This document shows, piece after piece, positions 1 through 9,639 of a stretch of DNA of 52,014 nt. Below the pieces are notes generated by a model. It ran no database searches and was not told the origin of the DNA. It was given only the letters and a program-made list of their open reading frames with translations. Position numbers and translations under genes: made by a program. Source of the stretch: an uncultured Gammaproteobacteria bacterium (GTDB lineage: Bacteria; Patescibacteriota; Patescibacteriia; Magasanikbacterales; GWA2-37-8); contig CAYOFO010000002.1 of NCBI GenBank assembly GCA_964403325.1, forward strand, positions 1 to 52,014, in the 5' to 3' direction. Numbering within the stretch: the first letter of the stretch is position 1; each line of letters begins with the position of its first letter.

Positions 1-281
1 GTCCTAACCAATCAGCCATTTGACCCAGGTTCCATTTTTTAAGGAGATAATTTATTTTGTAGCCAACATAAGCCACAAAATAAAAAACTTTCCGTAGCGG
101 CCACCCCGCTAGAGAAGCCGTTTTTTTGCCTAACCACCAAAAAAATCGCTTAACATATACCAAAACCCGCAAAAATTGTAATAAAAAGCCATACTTCATA
201 TCTTGACTGCTTGGCTATCCTAGCATAGAATAACGGACAAATCAATCTTTTTATTCTTAAAAAATATTTAATTTTTTGTTT

Positions 282-2273
282 ATGAACCTGATTATTTGGG
301 GCGCGATTATACCAGCCTTGGTGGCTGTGGTCTACGGTTTTTGGCTTATCCACTGGGTAATAAAACAACCTTCTGGCGACGAACGCATGCAGTTTATTGC
401 GCGCGCCATTCAAGAAGGAGCCAGCGCCTACTTATGGCGACAATACAAAACCGTGGCTTTGGTGGCCGTCGTCGTTTTTTTCCTCATCGGAATCGGTATG
501 GGCAGTTGGCTCACTGCCATCGGTTTCTTCATTGGCGCCACACTTTCCTGTACAGCCGGTGTTATTGGTATGAACATTTCCGTTAAAGCCAACGTACGTA
601 CCGCTGAGGCCGCCAAAAAAGGTTTTGTTCCGGCTCTCAATCTGGCTGTTCGCGGTGGATCTGTCACCGGCTTACTGGTAGCTGGTTTAGGTCTCCTTGG
701 GGTTGCTGGTTTTTATTTGCTCACCCAAGATTTAAACGCTCTCATTGGCCTCGGGTTTGGTGGCAGCTTGGTTTCGGTTTTTGCTCGTATTGGTGGCGGC
801 ATCTTTACCAAGGCCGCCGATGTTGGAGCTGATCTGGTAGGAAAAGTAGAAAAGGGCATCCCAGAGGACAGCCCAAAAAATCCAGCGGTTATTGCCGATA
901 ATGTAGGTGATAACGTAGGTGATTGTGCTGGTATGGCCGCGGATCTATTTGAAACTTACGCTGTTACCACTATTGCTGCCATGATTTTAGGTGATTTGCT
1001 TTTGCCCGGTCGCGAACAGGTTATTATTTTCCCACTCGTCTTAGGCGGCGTATCCATGATTGCTTCAGTAATCGCCACTTTCTTCATTCGTCTTGGTAAA
1101 ACCCAAAACGTCATGAACGCTCTCTATAAAGGTCTTTTTGCCGCCGGCATTCTTTCTCTCATCGCTTTTTACCCAGTCACCAACTGGCTCATGGGTGGGT
1201 TTGAAGCTTTTTCCGTACTACAACTTTATCTTTGTGCACTCATCGGCTTAGCGCTCACCGTGGCTATGGTTCTTCTCACCGACTACTACACTTCTACCAA
1301 CTACAACCCCGTAAAACACATTGCCAAAGCCAGTACTACCGGACACGGCACCAACATTATCGCTGGTCTCGCTGTGAGTATGCAATCCACCGCTCTACCG
1401 GTAATTTTCATTGTCGCGGCCATGCTCGGAGCCCATAGTCTGGCCGGTCTCTATGGTGTTGCTATCGCTGCCGTGAGCATGTTGTCCATGACCGGTATTA
1501 TTGTTACTATTGACGCCTACGGACCTATTACCGATAACGCTGGCGGTATTGCCGAAATGAGCGAACTCCCAGAAAATGTTCGCGCTGTAACCGATCCGCT
1601 TGACGCTGTGGGCAACACTACCAAAGCCGTTACTAAAGGTTATGCTATTGCGAGTGCCGCTCTTGCTTCCCTCGTGCTTTTTGCCGATTTCACTCACAAA
1701 ATTCCTTCCTCCATCCAATTTGTCATTAACGATCCCAAGGTTCTGGCCGGTCTCTTTATCGGCGGACTCCTGCCATATCTTTTCGCTTCCATGCTCATGG
1801 AATCGGTTGGAAAAGTTGCCGGGCAAGTCGTAGAAGAAGTTCGTCGCCAATTCCGAGAAATTTCTGGCATTATGGACGGCAGCGCCAAACCAGACTACGC
1901 TCGTGCCGTTGATATTGTTACCAAAGGAGCCATTGGTCAAATGATTGTTCCGGCCCTGCTGCCCGTAGCTGCCCCCATTCTCGTTGGTATTATTTTCGGC
2001 GTACAAGGGCTCGGTGGTTTGCTCGTTGGCACCATTATCACCGGTCTTTTCCTGGCCATTTCCATGACCACCGGTGGTGCGGCTTGGGACAATGCCAAGA
2101 AATTCATCGAGAAAGGCAACTACGGCGGCAAAGGTTCTTTCGCACACCAAGCCGCTGTTACCGGTGACACGGTTGGCGATCCTTACAAAGACACGGCTGG
2201 CCCTTCTATTAATCCAATGATTAAGGTGGCCAACATAGTAGCTCTTCTTATTGTCGGACTTCTTCTCAAATAA
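282..2273 (+). CDS. hppA: K+-independent H+-translocating membrane pyrophosphatase
   Basis: The 665-aa multi-TM ORF carries hallmark M-PPase motifs ([53 protein letters not shown]). Lys in GNTTKA is the K+-independent signature. The ORF track starts at TTG 276; ATG 282 seems more likely. Confidence 0.95.
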   Translation: MNLIIWGAIIPALVAVVYGFWLIHWVIKQPSGDERMQFIARAIQEGASAYLWRQYKTVALVAVVVFFLIGIGMGSWLTAIGFFIGATLSCTAGVIGMNISVKANVRTAEAAKKGFVPALNLAVRGGSVTGLLVAGLGLLGVAGFYLLTQDLNALIGLGFGGSLVSVFARIGGGIFTKAADVGADLVGKVEKGIPEDSPKNPAVIADNVGDNVGDCAGMAADLFETYAVTTIAAMILGDLLLPGREQVIIFPLVLGGVSMIASVIATFFIRLGKTQNVMNALYKGLFAAGILSLIAFYPVTNWLMGGFEAFSVLQLYLCALIGLALTVAMVLLTDYYTSTNYNPVKHIAKASTTGHGTNIIAGLAVSMQSTALPVIFIVAAMLGAHSLAGLYGVAIAAVSMLSMTGIIVTIDAYGPITDNAGGIAEMSELPENVRAVTDPLDAVGNTTKAVTKGYAIASAALASLVLFADFTHKIPSSIQFVINDPKVLAGLFIGGLLPYLFASMLMESVGKVAGQVVEEVRRQFREISGIMDGSAKPDYARAVDIVTKGAIGQMIVPALLPVAAPILVGIIFGVQGLGGLLVGTIITGLFLAISMTTGGAAWDNAKKFIEKGNYGGKGSFAHQAAVTGDTVGDPYKDTAGPSINPMIKVANIVALLIVGLLLK

Positions 2274-2522
2274 TTGCAATCTATGTCAGCTGAAACTTCT
2301 TTTGAGAAGGATCCACGGGTGGGGAAAAGGGTAAAAATTAAAGATACACCAAATGTTCGCGCAACTGACGAAAACCTTATTAATGGCAGGGGTAGGATTG
2401 AACGGATTAACGGAGATACTGCTGTAATTTGTCTAACTCATCGCGAGATGTTTGGAATGGAAATGCGGGAACCCTCTGGGCCCTATACTTTAAAGTTTGA
2501 TGATTTGGAAATAACCGGTTAA
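2274..2522 (+). CDS. hypothetical small protein (82 aa)
   Basis: The ORF begins right after the hppA stop (TTG 2274 or ATG 2283) and is followed by a terminator hairpin. I recognise no family. Confidence 0.4.
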   Translation: MQSMSAETSFEKDPRVGKRVKIKDTPNVRATDENLINGRGRIERINGDTAVICLTHREMFGMEMREPSGPYTLKFDDLEITG

Positions 2523-2537
2523 CAAACGAACTTTTTT

Positions 2538-2572
2538 TAAAACACATGATACCAACATGTGTTTTATATTTG
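2538..2572 (+). terminator. rho-independent terminator
   Basis: AACACATG-ataccaa-CATGTGTT forms an 8-bp core stem, extendable by A/T pairs, followed by a T-rich tail. Confidence 0.6.
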
Positions 2573-2723
2573 CTTTCATTGTATAAATGCATGAAACAGA
2601 ATGTATTACAAATTCGAAAAAATTTCCTCGATTTTTCAAGCAGAGTGCGTGAAACCTGGTTGTTTAAACGAAAACATAAGTCGACTCATTAACTTTTTTA
2701 AAGAAAAAAAAGAACAAAGGGGT

Positions 2724-2752
2724 TTGACACTCCTGGTTTTTACCAGTAAAAT
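2724..2752 (+). promoter_or_regulatory. sigma70-like promoter upstream of tig
   Basis: TTGACA (2724-2729), a 17-nt spacer, then TAAAAT (2747-2752), about 60 nt upstream of the tig ATG. Confidence 0.5.
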
Positions 2753-2811
2753 GAGGATCACGGTTTAACAAACCAAAACTACATTACTTACCTTTTAAAC
2801 AAGCCTAGTGT

Positions 2812-4089
2812 ATGAAACACGAACTCAAAAAACTGAACGCCAGTGAAGTAGAATTTACTCTTACTGTTGCCCCCAACGAGTACCAATCGAACCTAGACGC
2901 TGCCGCTCAGCGCTTATCCGAACGAGCCGCTATTAAAGGTTTTCGTCCCGGCAAAGCTCCTTACGACATAGTCAAACAACAGCTCGGCGAGGTGCGTATT
3001 CTCGAAGAAGCCATGCAAAGTATTGTGGAACACAACTTCTTTCTTGCTGTTAAAGCTGAAAGTCTTGAAACCATTGGTATGCCGCAAATTACCTTGCAAA
3101 AATTTGCTCCTGGCAACGACCTGGTTTTTACCGCACAAGTTGCCTTGTTACCCAAAGTAAAACTCGCTGACCTTAAAAAAATTAAGGCTGTAAAAAAAGC
3201 TGTTAAAATTACCGACGAACGCCTGGCTGAAACACTCGAAAGTCTGCGCAAAATGCGCCCTCAAGAAACTCTCAAAGAAGGATCGAGCACCAAAGAAGAC
3301 AAGCTCGTGGTTGATCTCAACATGTTTATTGACAAAGTCGCTATTGAAGGTGGTTTTGCCAAAAATCACCAAGTTTACCTCAGTGAACCACATTATATTC
3401 CAGGACTGGCCGAAGAACTCGTCGGGCTTAAAGCCGGAGAAGAAAAAAAATTCACTCTCAAATTTCCCGCTGAACACTACCAAAAAATGCTGGCTGGAAA
3501 AGACGTCGACTTTGAAGTTAAGGTGGGTCAAGTCTTTTCACTTGAATATGCCGCTCTCAACGACGAATTTGCCAAAACATTGGGTCAAGAAAGCATCGAA
3601 AAGTTAAAAACTCTGCTTATGGCCAACCTGCAAAAAGAAGATGAGCGCAAAGAAGAACAACGCTTTGAAGCAGAAATTTTAGAAGCCCTTATCGAGCAAA
3701 GCGAGTTTGAGACTTTACCACAAGTCCTCATCGACGCCGAGAAACGCAAAATGTTTTATGAACTAAAAGGCAACCTTGAAAATCAAGGTATTTCCATGGA
3801 ACAATACTTGCTCGATCTTAAAAAAACCGAAGCAGAAATTTTCAATGATTTTGCCACGCAAGCTGAAAAACGCGCTAAAGCCGCCCTTATTTCTCGGCAA
3901 ATTGCCATTGAGCAGGGGATTAAAGTGGAAAAATCCGACCTAGATTCCGAAATTGAGTTGATCAAACAAAACTACCAAAATGATCCTAAAATTCTCGAAA
4001 ATCTTAAACGCCCTGAAGTCGTTGATACCATTGCCTCTACCATCCAAAACCGTAAAGTGGTAGAATGGCTCAAAACACAACTACCATAA
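2812..4089 (+). CDS. tig: trigger factor
   Basis: The 425-aa ORF has the ribosome-binding signature GFRPGKAP near its N-terminus and a typical TF domain layout and length. Confidence 0.93.
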   Translation: MKHELKKLNASEVEFTLTVAPNEYQSNLDAAAQRLSERAAIKGFRPGKAPYDIVKQQLGEVRILEEAMQSIVEHNFFLAVKAESLETIGMPQITLQKFAPGNDLVFTAQVALLPKVKLADLKKIKAVKKAVKITDERLAETLESLRKMRPQETLKEGSSTKEDKLVVDLNMFIDKVAIEGGFAKNHQVYLSEPHYIPGLAEELVGLKAGEEKKFTLKFPAEHYQKMLAGKDVDFEVKVGQVFSLEYAALNDEFAKTLGQESIEKLKTLLMANLQKEDERKEEQRFEAEILEALIEQSEFETLPQVLIDAEKRKMFYELKGNLENQGISMEQYLLDLKKTEAEIFNDFATQAEKRAKAALISRQIAIEQGIKVEKSDLDSEIELIKQNYQNDPKILENLKRPEVVDTIASTIQNRKVVEWLKTQLP

Positions 4090-4111
4090 TTTTTTCATTA
4101 ACTCAATTTGT

Positions 4112-4447
4112 ATGAACACAGAATCTAAAGCAGGTTTTCCTAAAGTAGAGATGGCTTCAAACCCAGAAGTTGCGTCTTTTTTTAAAAGTCTTCACTTAGA
4201 GCTCGGTGATACTATTCTCTTTAACAACACAGCAATTGATGAATCAACGGGCCAGCCGGCAGGTGAGTGGGAACAAATGGAAATTGTTGGGATGAACTTT
4301 GCCATGAAAGCAGATGAGACTCTCGATCTTTCTCAGCCTCTTCTCTCTTGTCAAAGACAAGGCCGCTTTGTTCAAATCGATACAAAAGACTTTAAGCACG
4401 GCTGTGTAAAAAGAGCTGACGGATCGCTTGTTTCCCTCCCAAACTAA
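4112..4447 (+). CDS. hypothetical protein (111 aa)
   Basis: Clean ORF co-oriented with tig. No recognisable motif. Confidence 0.45.
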   Translation: MNTESKAGFPKVEMASNPEVASFFKSLHLELGDTILFNNTAIDESTGQPAGEWEQMEIVGMNFAMKADETLDLSQPLLSCQRQGRFVQIDTKDFKHGCVKRADGSLVSLPN

Positions 4448-4564
4448 TTTTCCAGCTTTTGGCACACATGTCTGTTTCGCCGACGGTCATTCCAACTGCT
4501 TTTATTAAAGCCCTACAATATCGCTGCACAAGGTTGGACAACCATCAAACAACTTTGCACCAAC

Positions 4565-4596
4565 AAAAAACACCTTATTTGATTAAGGTGTTTTTT
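4565..4596. terminator. bidirectional rho-independent terminator
   Basis: AAAAAACACCTTA-tttgat-TAAGGTGTTTTTT is a perfect 13-bp stem flanked by an A-run and a T-run. Confidence 0.65.
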
Positions 4597-4611
4597 ATAA
4601 AATAAAAACTT

Positions 4612-4833
4612 ATGCTGTTCCGCATCAAGGTAACACCCAACGCATCGCTTAATAACTTACAAAAACTCTCTGATGGCAGTTTTCGAGCTCGTCTGACAGC
4701 CTCACCAACGGATGGAAAAGCGAACGCTGCGCTTATTAGCTTGCTCAGCCAAGAATGGGGCATAGCCAAAAGCAATATTTCTATTAAACAAGGTTTTTCG
4801 AGCAGGAATAAGCTTGTTGAGATTTCTGAATAA
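4612..4833 (+). CDS. DUF167 (YggU-like) family protein
   Basis: The 73-aa ORF has the pattern IKVTPNAS...ASPTDGKANAALISLLS...I..G.SSR.K.V.I, typical of YggU/DUF167. Confidence 0.75.
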   Translation: MLFRIKVTPNASLNNLQKLSDGSFRARLTASPTDGKANAALISLLSQEWGIAKSNISIKQGFSSRNKLVEISE

Positions 4834-5071
4834 ACTTGTATTTTGCTTGTTCTTAGCCTCAATTTACTCTTATTTTAAACCGTTCACACCTTACCGCAAA
4901 GCTACCAGGATATAGGACAATACCTTATTTATCGGCAGGGCGACTCCGCTCATAAAACCCTCTAAATACCCAGCGGTCGCCGTTAACAACACCCAGGTTT
5001 ATAATAAAACCTTTTATCCAAAGTTTTAAACTAAAGCCACTGGCTTTTTTTAGTAAATACTTGAAATTTTT

Positions 5072-5347
5072 TTAAGGTAAATCCACCCCACCAGAACTCC
5101 AAGGGTTGCAGCGCAAAATGCGTGCGATAACTCTTGGTATTCCTTTGACTAAGCCTTTTTTCTTAATTATCACGGTGGCGTATTCACTACAGGTCGGGTA
5201 AAACCGACAACACCCAGCCGGAAAAAACCGTTTTATAAATCCATGATCTGGTGAGAGTGTTTTTTGATATATCCAAATGAGCCCAAGCAACCCTCTTCTT
5301 GGGAATAAAAACAACCGTTGCCAAAAATTAATACTTATCTTTCTCAC
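5072..5347 (-). CDS. yidD: membrane protein insertion efficiency factor YidD
   Basis: Motifs YQKTLSP, CRFYPTCSEYA and RCNPW, plus a position downstream of rnpA. Confidence 0.9.
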   Translation of the reverse strand: MRKISINFWQRLFLFPRRGLLGLIWIYQKTLSPDHGFIKRFFPAGCCRFYPTCSEYATVIIKKKGLVKGIPRVIARILRCNPWSSGGVDLP

Positions 5348-5387
5348 ATCTTAGCCATTAAATAGGTTTATATCTGAATAAACATTT

Positions 5388-5816
5388 TCACCCCGCTACC
5401 CCAGAACTTTGTGCTGGAATTCCCGTTCCTGGCAAAACTTTACTTGTTATAAGAAGTTGCTCCACATCCTTTTTAAGCTCCCTGTAATCCTGTCCAATAA
5501 TCCCTTTTTTTGCGATAAATAAAACAAAAAAACCATTTTTTAAACTCTTGTTTTTTAACAACAGTCGTACCACTTCTCGCATCTGGCGCCGCAAACGATT
5601 ACGAACAGTGGCTTTTTTTGAAATTTTAAGCCCAACCGTAAAGGCAAATTGTAGCGGCATCTGCTCGACAAACTTCTGGTCAACCGATAATGATGGTGTA
5701 GGCTGAGGTAATGACAAAATTTTTGCATCCAAATATCGTGCTTTAAAATACCAACCATTTTTCATCAATGCATTAAAATCATGCATTTTTTTTAATCGAT
5801 TTTTTGCAACCAACAT
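5388..5816 (-). CDS. rnpA: ribonuclease P protein component
   Basis: The RnpA RNR-like motif (VRNRLRRQMREVVR) and classical rpmH-rnpA-yidD synteny. Confidence 0.9.
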   Translation of the reverse strand: MLVAKNRLKKMHDFNALMKNGWYFKARYLDAKILSLPQPTPSLSVDQKFVEQMPLQFAFTVGLKISKKATVRNRLRRQMREVVRLLLKNKSLKNGFFVLFIAKKGIIGQDYRELKKDVEQLLITSKVLPGTGIPAQSSGVAG

Positions 5817-5837
5817 ACTCTAAACTGTTTTACAAAT

Positions 5838-5872
5838 AAAACAAACCGCTTTACAAAAAAAGCGGTTTGTTT
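5838..5872 (-). terminator. hairpin (attenuator/terminator) between rpmH and rnpA
   Basis: AAACAAACCGCTTT-acaaaa-AAAGCGGTTTGTTT is a perfect 14-bp stem. On the minus strand it is followed by UAUUUGU. Confidence 0.5.
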
Positions 5873-5887
5873 AAGGGGGTTTTATAA

Positions 5888-6061
5888 TTATTTTCGAGTC
5901 AATTTCCCTTTAATTTCGTCACTGACCGTTAATTTCTTGCGCCCTTTGGCTCGACGACGACTCAAAACTCCACGTCCGCCTTTAGTGGACATTCTTTCTA
6001 AGAAACCGTGGGCTTTCGCTCGTTTTCTTTTTTTCGGTTGGTAAGTTCGTTTTGTAGACAT
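5888..6061 (-). CDS. rpmH: 50S ribosomal protein L34
   Basis: [44 protein letters not shown] is canonical L34. I trimmed the ORF-track start from 6172 to the internal ATG at 6061. About 11 extra Lys-rich residues follow the usual C-terminus. Confidence 0.95.
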   Translation of the reverse strand: MSTKRTYQPKKRKRAKAHGFLERMSTKGGRGVLSRRRAKGRKKLTVSDEIKGKLTRK

Positions 6062-6334
6062 AAATTGAAAATGTAAACGAATTATACTGGAACATTCTGG
6101 GCTTGTCAAGAACAGCCCCGGGTCATGCAACGGCAGCCAACCCCATATTTTATTCCCAAACACCTGGTGCATTTAGAGCAGACCACTCAAACGAACTGCG
6201 ATCCTTTGAGCGCGCGGGTAAAATTTATAAAAATCATTCCTTCTTTATTTCCTTGAGAGGAAACATACAGTACATTTTTATAGTGATAATTTCTTAAACT
6301 TTGGTGATTCATTGATCTATTTTAAAAATACTTT

Positions 6335-6462
6335 TTATCCGACTTCTTTTTAATGTGTGTTCTTTTATCCACAGATCGAATGCTGATTTTATATAAATTT
6401 TTTATTCCTTTTGTGGAAAAGTTATCCACTTTATCCACAAGTTATCCCCAATGTTATCCTAC
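6335..6462. promoter_or_regulatory. DnaA-box cluster 1 (rpmH-dnaA intergenic; oriC/dnaA promoter region)
   Basis: Two perfect TTATCCACA boxes lie at 6365-6373 and 6431-6439. Near-consensus boxes are at 6335 (TTATCCGAC), 6412-6420 (reverse, TTTTCCACA), 6422 (TTATCCACT), 6442 (TTATCCCCA) and 6454 (TTATCCTAC). An A/T-rich stretch spans 6381-6410. Confidence 0.85.
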
Positions 6463-6542
6463 TTTTACACACTTCTGAATTTGCCCCCCCAAGTAATTAT
6501 GATAGTATGACAGCTACTTAATCACCTTTTCTTGGTATTTTT

Positions 6543-7925
6543 ATGACAAACAATGAAATTTGGCAGGCCGTCCTGGCAGAGATGGAGCTCAACATATCCA
6601 AACCAAATTTTATGACTTGGTTTAAAAATACAGCTATCCTTAGTTTGCAAGATAGCCAAGCCGTCATATGTGTTCCCAATATTTTTACCAAAGGTTGGTT
6701 GGCAGACAAGTACCACACCCTTATTATTAAATCGCTCGAACGGGTCACTGGAAAACCCCTCAAAAAACTTGAATACAAAATCGAAAACATTAAAAACATT
6801 TCTGAACCTTCTTTAACCTCTCCAATTCCAATCACTGCTCAACCGGAAACTGGCTTTACACCGTTTAAAAACACTTCTCCCGGTCCCAACAACAGTTTTT
6901 CTTTAAACCCAAAATACAATTTTGAAAGCTTTGTGGTTGGGGGTGGAAGTGAGCTCGCTTATGCGGCCGCCCAAGCAGTGGTGTCTCGTCCGGGCGAGTC
7001 TTACAACCCTCTTTTTATCTACGGCGGCGTTGGACTCGGTAAAACCCATTTGTTGCAAGCCATCGGCAATGAGCTGACCCGACGTAACCCGCGCGTCCAA
7101 ATCATGTACGTAAGCGCAGAAAAATTTTCCAATGATTTTATCGCTTCTATTAAAGAAGGTGGCGCCAAAGAGTTTCAAAATCGTTATCGCCACATCGATC
7201 TCTTACTTATTGATGATATCCAGTTTATTGCCGGCAAAGATCGCACCCAAGAATCCTTCTTTCACACGTTTAATGAACTGCATCAACAAAATAAACAGGT
7301 GGTTTTGACGTCTGACCGCCCACCCAAAGCCATTCCGGCCCTGGAAGACCGTCTCAAATCTCGTTTTGAATGGGGAATGATTGTGGATATTTCTCCCCCA
7401 GACTTTGAAACGCGTGCGGCGATTTTGGAAAAAAAGTGTGCTGAGAAAAATTTTCCCCTTGATAGCAAAACTCTGCAAACCATCGCCAGTCTCGTGCAAA
7501 GCAACATTCGAGAACTGGAAGGTGCCCTCAATAAAATCATTGTTTTTCATCAACTCAAAAACATCGAACCAACCGCTGAATCTGTTAAATCTTTGTTATC
7601 AACCCTACAAGTTTCTTCTTCGCGACGCTCCATTACTCCCAGCCAACTCCTGGAAACCGTCAGCCAGATTTACAACATTTCTATGCCGGATATCTTGGGC
7701 AAGAGTCGGGAAAAGAAAATTTCCGAACCCAGACAAATCATTATGTATTTACTGCGCGAAGAAATGAAAATGTCTTACCCCTCTATTGGTGATGAGTTGG
7801 GTGGACGCGATCACACTACCGCCATGCATGCGCATGAAAAAATTAAAAACGAGCTTGAAAACAATCTTAAGCTGCGCCAAGAAATTGACGCTCTCAAGCA
7901 ACGGCTTTACATTAACAATATTTAA
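6543..7925 (+). CDS. dnaA: chromosomal replication initiator protein DnaA
   Basis: Walker A GGVGLGKTHL, Walker B LLIDDIQF, sensor and box VII regions, and the C-terminal DNA-binding motif GGRDHTT. 460 aa. Confidence 0.98.
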   Translation: MTNNEIWQAVLAEMELNISKPNFMTWFKNTAILSLQDSQAVICVPNIFTKGWLADKYHTLIIKSLERVTGKPLKKLEYKIENIKNISEPSLTSPIPITAQPETGFTPFKNTSPGPNNSFSLNPKYNFESFVVGGGSELAYAAAQAVVSRPGESYNPLFIYGGVGLGKTHLLQAIGNELTRRNPRVQIMYVSAEKFSNDFIASIKEGGAKEFQNRYRHIDLLLIDDIQFIAGKDRTQESFFHTFNELHQQNKQVVLTSDRPPKAIPALEDRLKSRFEWGMIVDISPPDFETRAAILEKKCAEKNFPLDSKTLQTIASLVQSNIRELEGALNKIIVFHQLKNIEPTAESVKSLLSTLQVSSSRRSITPSQLLETVSQIYNISMPDILGKSREKKISEPRQIIMYLLREEMKMSYPSIGDELGGRDHTTAMHAHEKIKNELENNLKLRQEIDALKQRLYINNI

Positions 7926-8004
7926 ATAATTGCGTTTGTCCTGTTAACAAACTGTAAATAAGATCTTTTATTTGGTGCGCAAACCTGTGTACAGAAGAAA
8001 AAAG

Positions 8005-8158
8005 TTATCCCGTTTTTCCCTGCGTTATCCCCACCGTCAATTTCCCAGGTCAAAAGTTATCCTTTTTTCTCCCTGATTTATCCCCGTTACAACTTCATAA
8101 ATAATCAGGTTTAATGGCTTATTTAAAATAAAAAATAAAGTTTTCCCGGTTATCCACT
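8005..8158. promoter_or_regulatory. DnaA-box cluster 2 (dnaA-dnaN intergenic)
   Basis: Same-orientation TTATCC-core boxes at 8005 (TTATCCCGT), 8025 (TTATCCCCA), 8057 (TTATCCTTT), 8078 (TTATCCCCG) and 8150 (TTATCCACT). A very A/T-rich tract lies at about 8095-8140. Confidence 0.7.
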
Positions 8159-8213
8159 CCCTTATTACAATTATTAGTTATTTATACATACTTTATTACT
8201 ATATTGAACTCCT

Positions 8214-9326
8214 ATGAAATTTTCGTGTACGCAAGAAAATATTTCCCGAGCGATCGGGCTCACAAGCTCAATTGCCGGCAAGAATCCTAACCTGCCAATT
8301 TTAAACAACGTACTCATTCGCGCTAACGACCAAACCGTTGAAGTTATTAGTACTAATTTAGACGTAGCTATTACAACGAGTTTTTCTTCGCTTATTGAAA
8401 CCCCTGGTTCGTTTACGGTACCTGCAAAAACACTAAACGACTTTATTAGTCTTTTATCGGATGATAAAATTGAAATTGAGCTTAAGAATAACGAAATTGG
8501 ACTTTATTCCGGCTCATCTTCCACTAAAATAAAAGGTCTGTCTTCTGATGAATTTCCTATAATCCCAACGATTGATGGCGGCCAAGTATTTGTGGTAAAG
8601 GCTGAAGATTTACGCAATAGCTTGTCGCAGGTGTTGGTGGCCGTGGCTCGCAACGACATTCGGCCAGAGTTATCCGGGGTTTTTATGGGTTTTAATAAAA
8701 CAGAAAAACAACTTACTTTAGCGGCTACAGACAGTTATCGTTTAGCTGAAAAAAGTCTTCCTCTTCTTGAGGGGGGTGCAGAAATTCGAGCTATTTTGCC
8801 TGGTAAGACGGCTCAAGAAATAGTACGTATTTTGTCTTCTGAACGTGAAAGCGGCATGAAAGAGGTAAAGATCACCATTAACGACAATCAATTGGGAATT
8901 TTATATAACCACATCCAACTTACATCGCGCCTTATAGCAGGGGATTATCCCGATTATACGCAGATAATTCCTCGTGAATGCACCACTGCAGCAAGTTTTT
9001 CGGTGGAACAATTAAAAAAAGAAATTCGAGCCGCCGGCTTATTTACGAGCACAGGGGGTGCGGTAGAGGTAAAAATTTCGCCTGAGAAGGGGGCGCTAGA
9101 GCTTTTGGCCACCTCTCCAGCGGGAGAATATAGTTCCCAGGTCACGAGCGAGATCACAGGGGCAGATTTAAAGGTTTTCCTCAGTCACCGCTACCTGCTC
9201 GATGGGTTGAATAATATTTCTGCTAACCAAGCAGTGTTGAAGACAGTGAATGCCGACAGTCCATGTGTACTGACGGCAGACGCAGATAAAAGTTTTGTCT
9301 ACATTGTCATGCCGATTCGTCAGTAA
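8214..9326 (+). CDS. dnaN: DNA polymerase III beta sliding clamp
   Basis: The 370-aa ORF sits downstream of dnaA. It has the typical DnaN N-terminus (MKFSC..E.....I..........NLPIL.NVLI), ATDSYRLA, and the C-terminal MPIR. Confidence 0.95.
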   Translation: MKFSCTQENISRAIGLTSSIAGKNPNLPILNNVLIRANDQTVEVISTNLDVAITTSFSSLIETPGSFTVPAKTLNDFISLLSDDKIEIELKNNEIGLYSGSSSTKIKGLSSDEFPIIPTIDGGQVFVVKAEDLRNSLSQVLVAVARNDIRPELSGVFMGFNKTEKQLTLAATDSYRLAEKSLPLLEGGAEIRAILPGKTAQEIVRILSSERESGMKEVKITINDNQLGILYNHIQLTSRLIAGDYPDYTQIIPRECTTAASFSVEQLKKEIRAAGLFTSTGGAVEVKISPEKGALELLATSPAGEYSSQVTSEITGADLKVFLSHRYLLDGLNNISANQAVLKTVNADSPCVLTADADKSFVYIVMPIRQ

Positions 9327-9395
9327 TCGTCTTTCAACAGCAGCGAGGAGCATGTTTTGACGAGGTAACACAGGAAGGGTTGTGAGGTGGAAAAA

Positions 9396-9605
9396 CTATC
9401 CCCAAGCTTTGAGGTAGGAAAATTTGTGGGGATAACACTGTGGATAAAATACGGAAAGTGTGCATAATGTAATTAGCATTTTTTCCTAACTTTAGCCAAA
9501 AGACAAGATTAATAACAAGAGATTTGGCTAACTTGCTACAAAATTCGTCGGATAATTTAATCTTAGCCAAATTTTTAAAAAAGTTATCCACTCTTTTTAT
9601 CCACT
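9396..9605. promoter_or_regulatory. DnaA-box cluster 3 (downstream of dnaN)
   Basis: Boxes at 9427-9435 (reverse TTATCCCCA), 9439-9447 (reverse perfect TTATCCACA), 9547-9555 (reverse TTATCCGAC), 9584-9592 and 9597-9605 (TTATCCACT), plus a weak box at 9396. The last box abuts a TTGACA at 9605-9610. Confidence 0.7.
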
Positions 9606-9639
9606 TGACACCTCTTGGGGAAAAGAATACCATAAATCT

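Noticed and set aside
1395-2279. 294-aa ORF antisense to hppA, plus other antisense or shadow ORFs at 428-667, 1694-1888 and 1937-2119.
   Set aside because: It lies entirely inside the strongly supported pyrophosphatase CDS. The sequence is low-complexity and has no motifs, which is a typical mirror-frame artefact.
5888-5925. An 11-residue Lys-rich C-terminal tail on L34 (…[13 protein letters not shown]).
   Set aside because: The tail is real in the sequence, but it is a minor length variation of a ribosomal protein. It is not enough to flag as a finding without comparative data.
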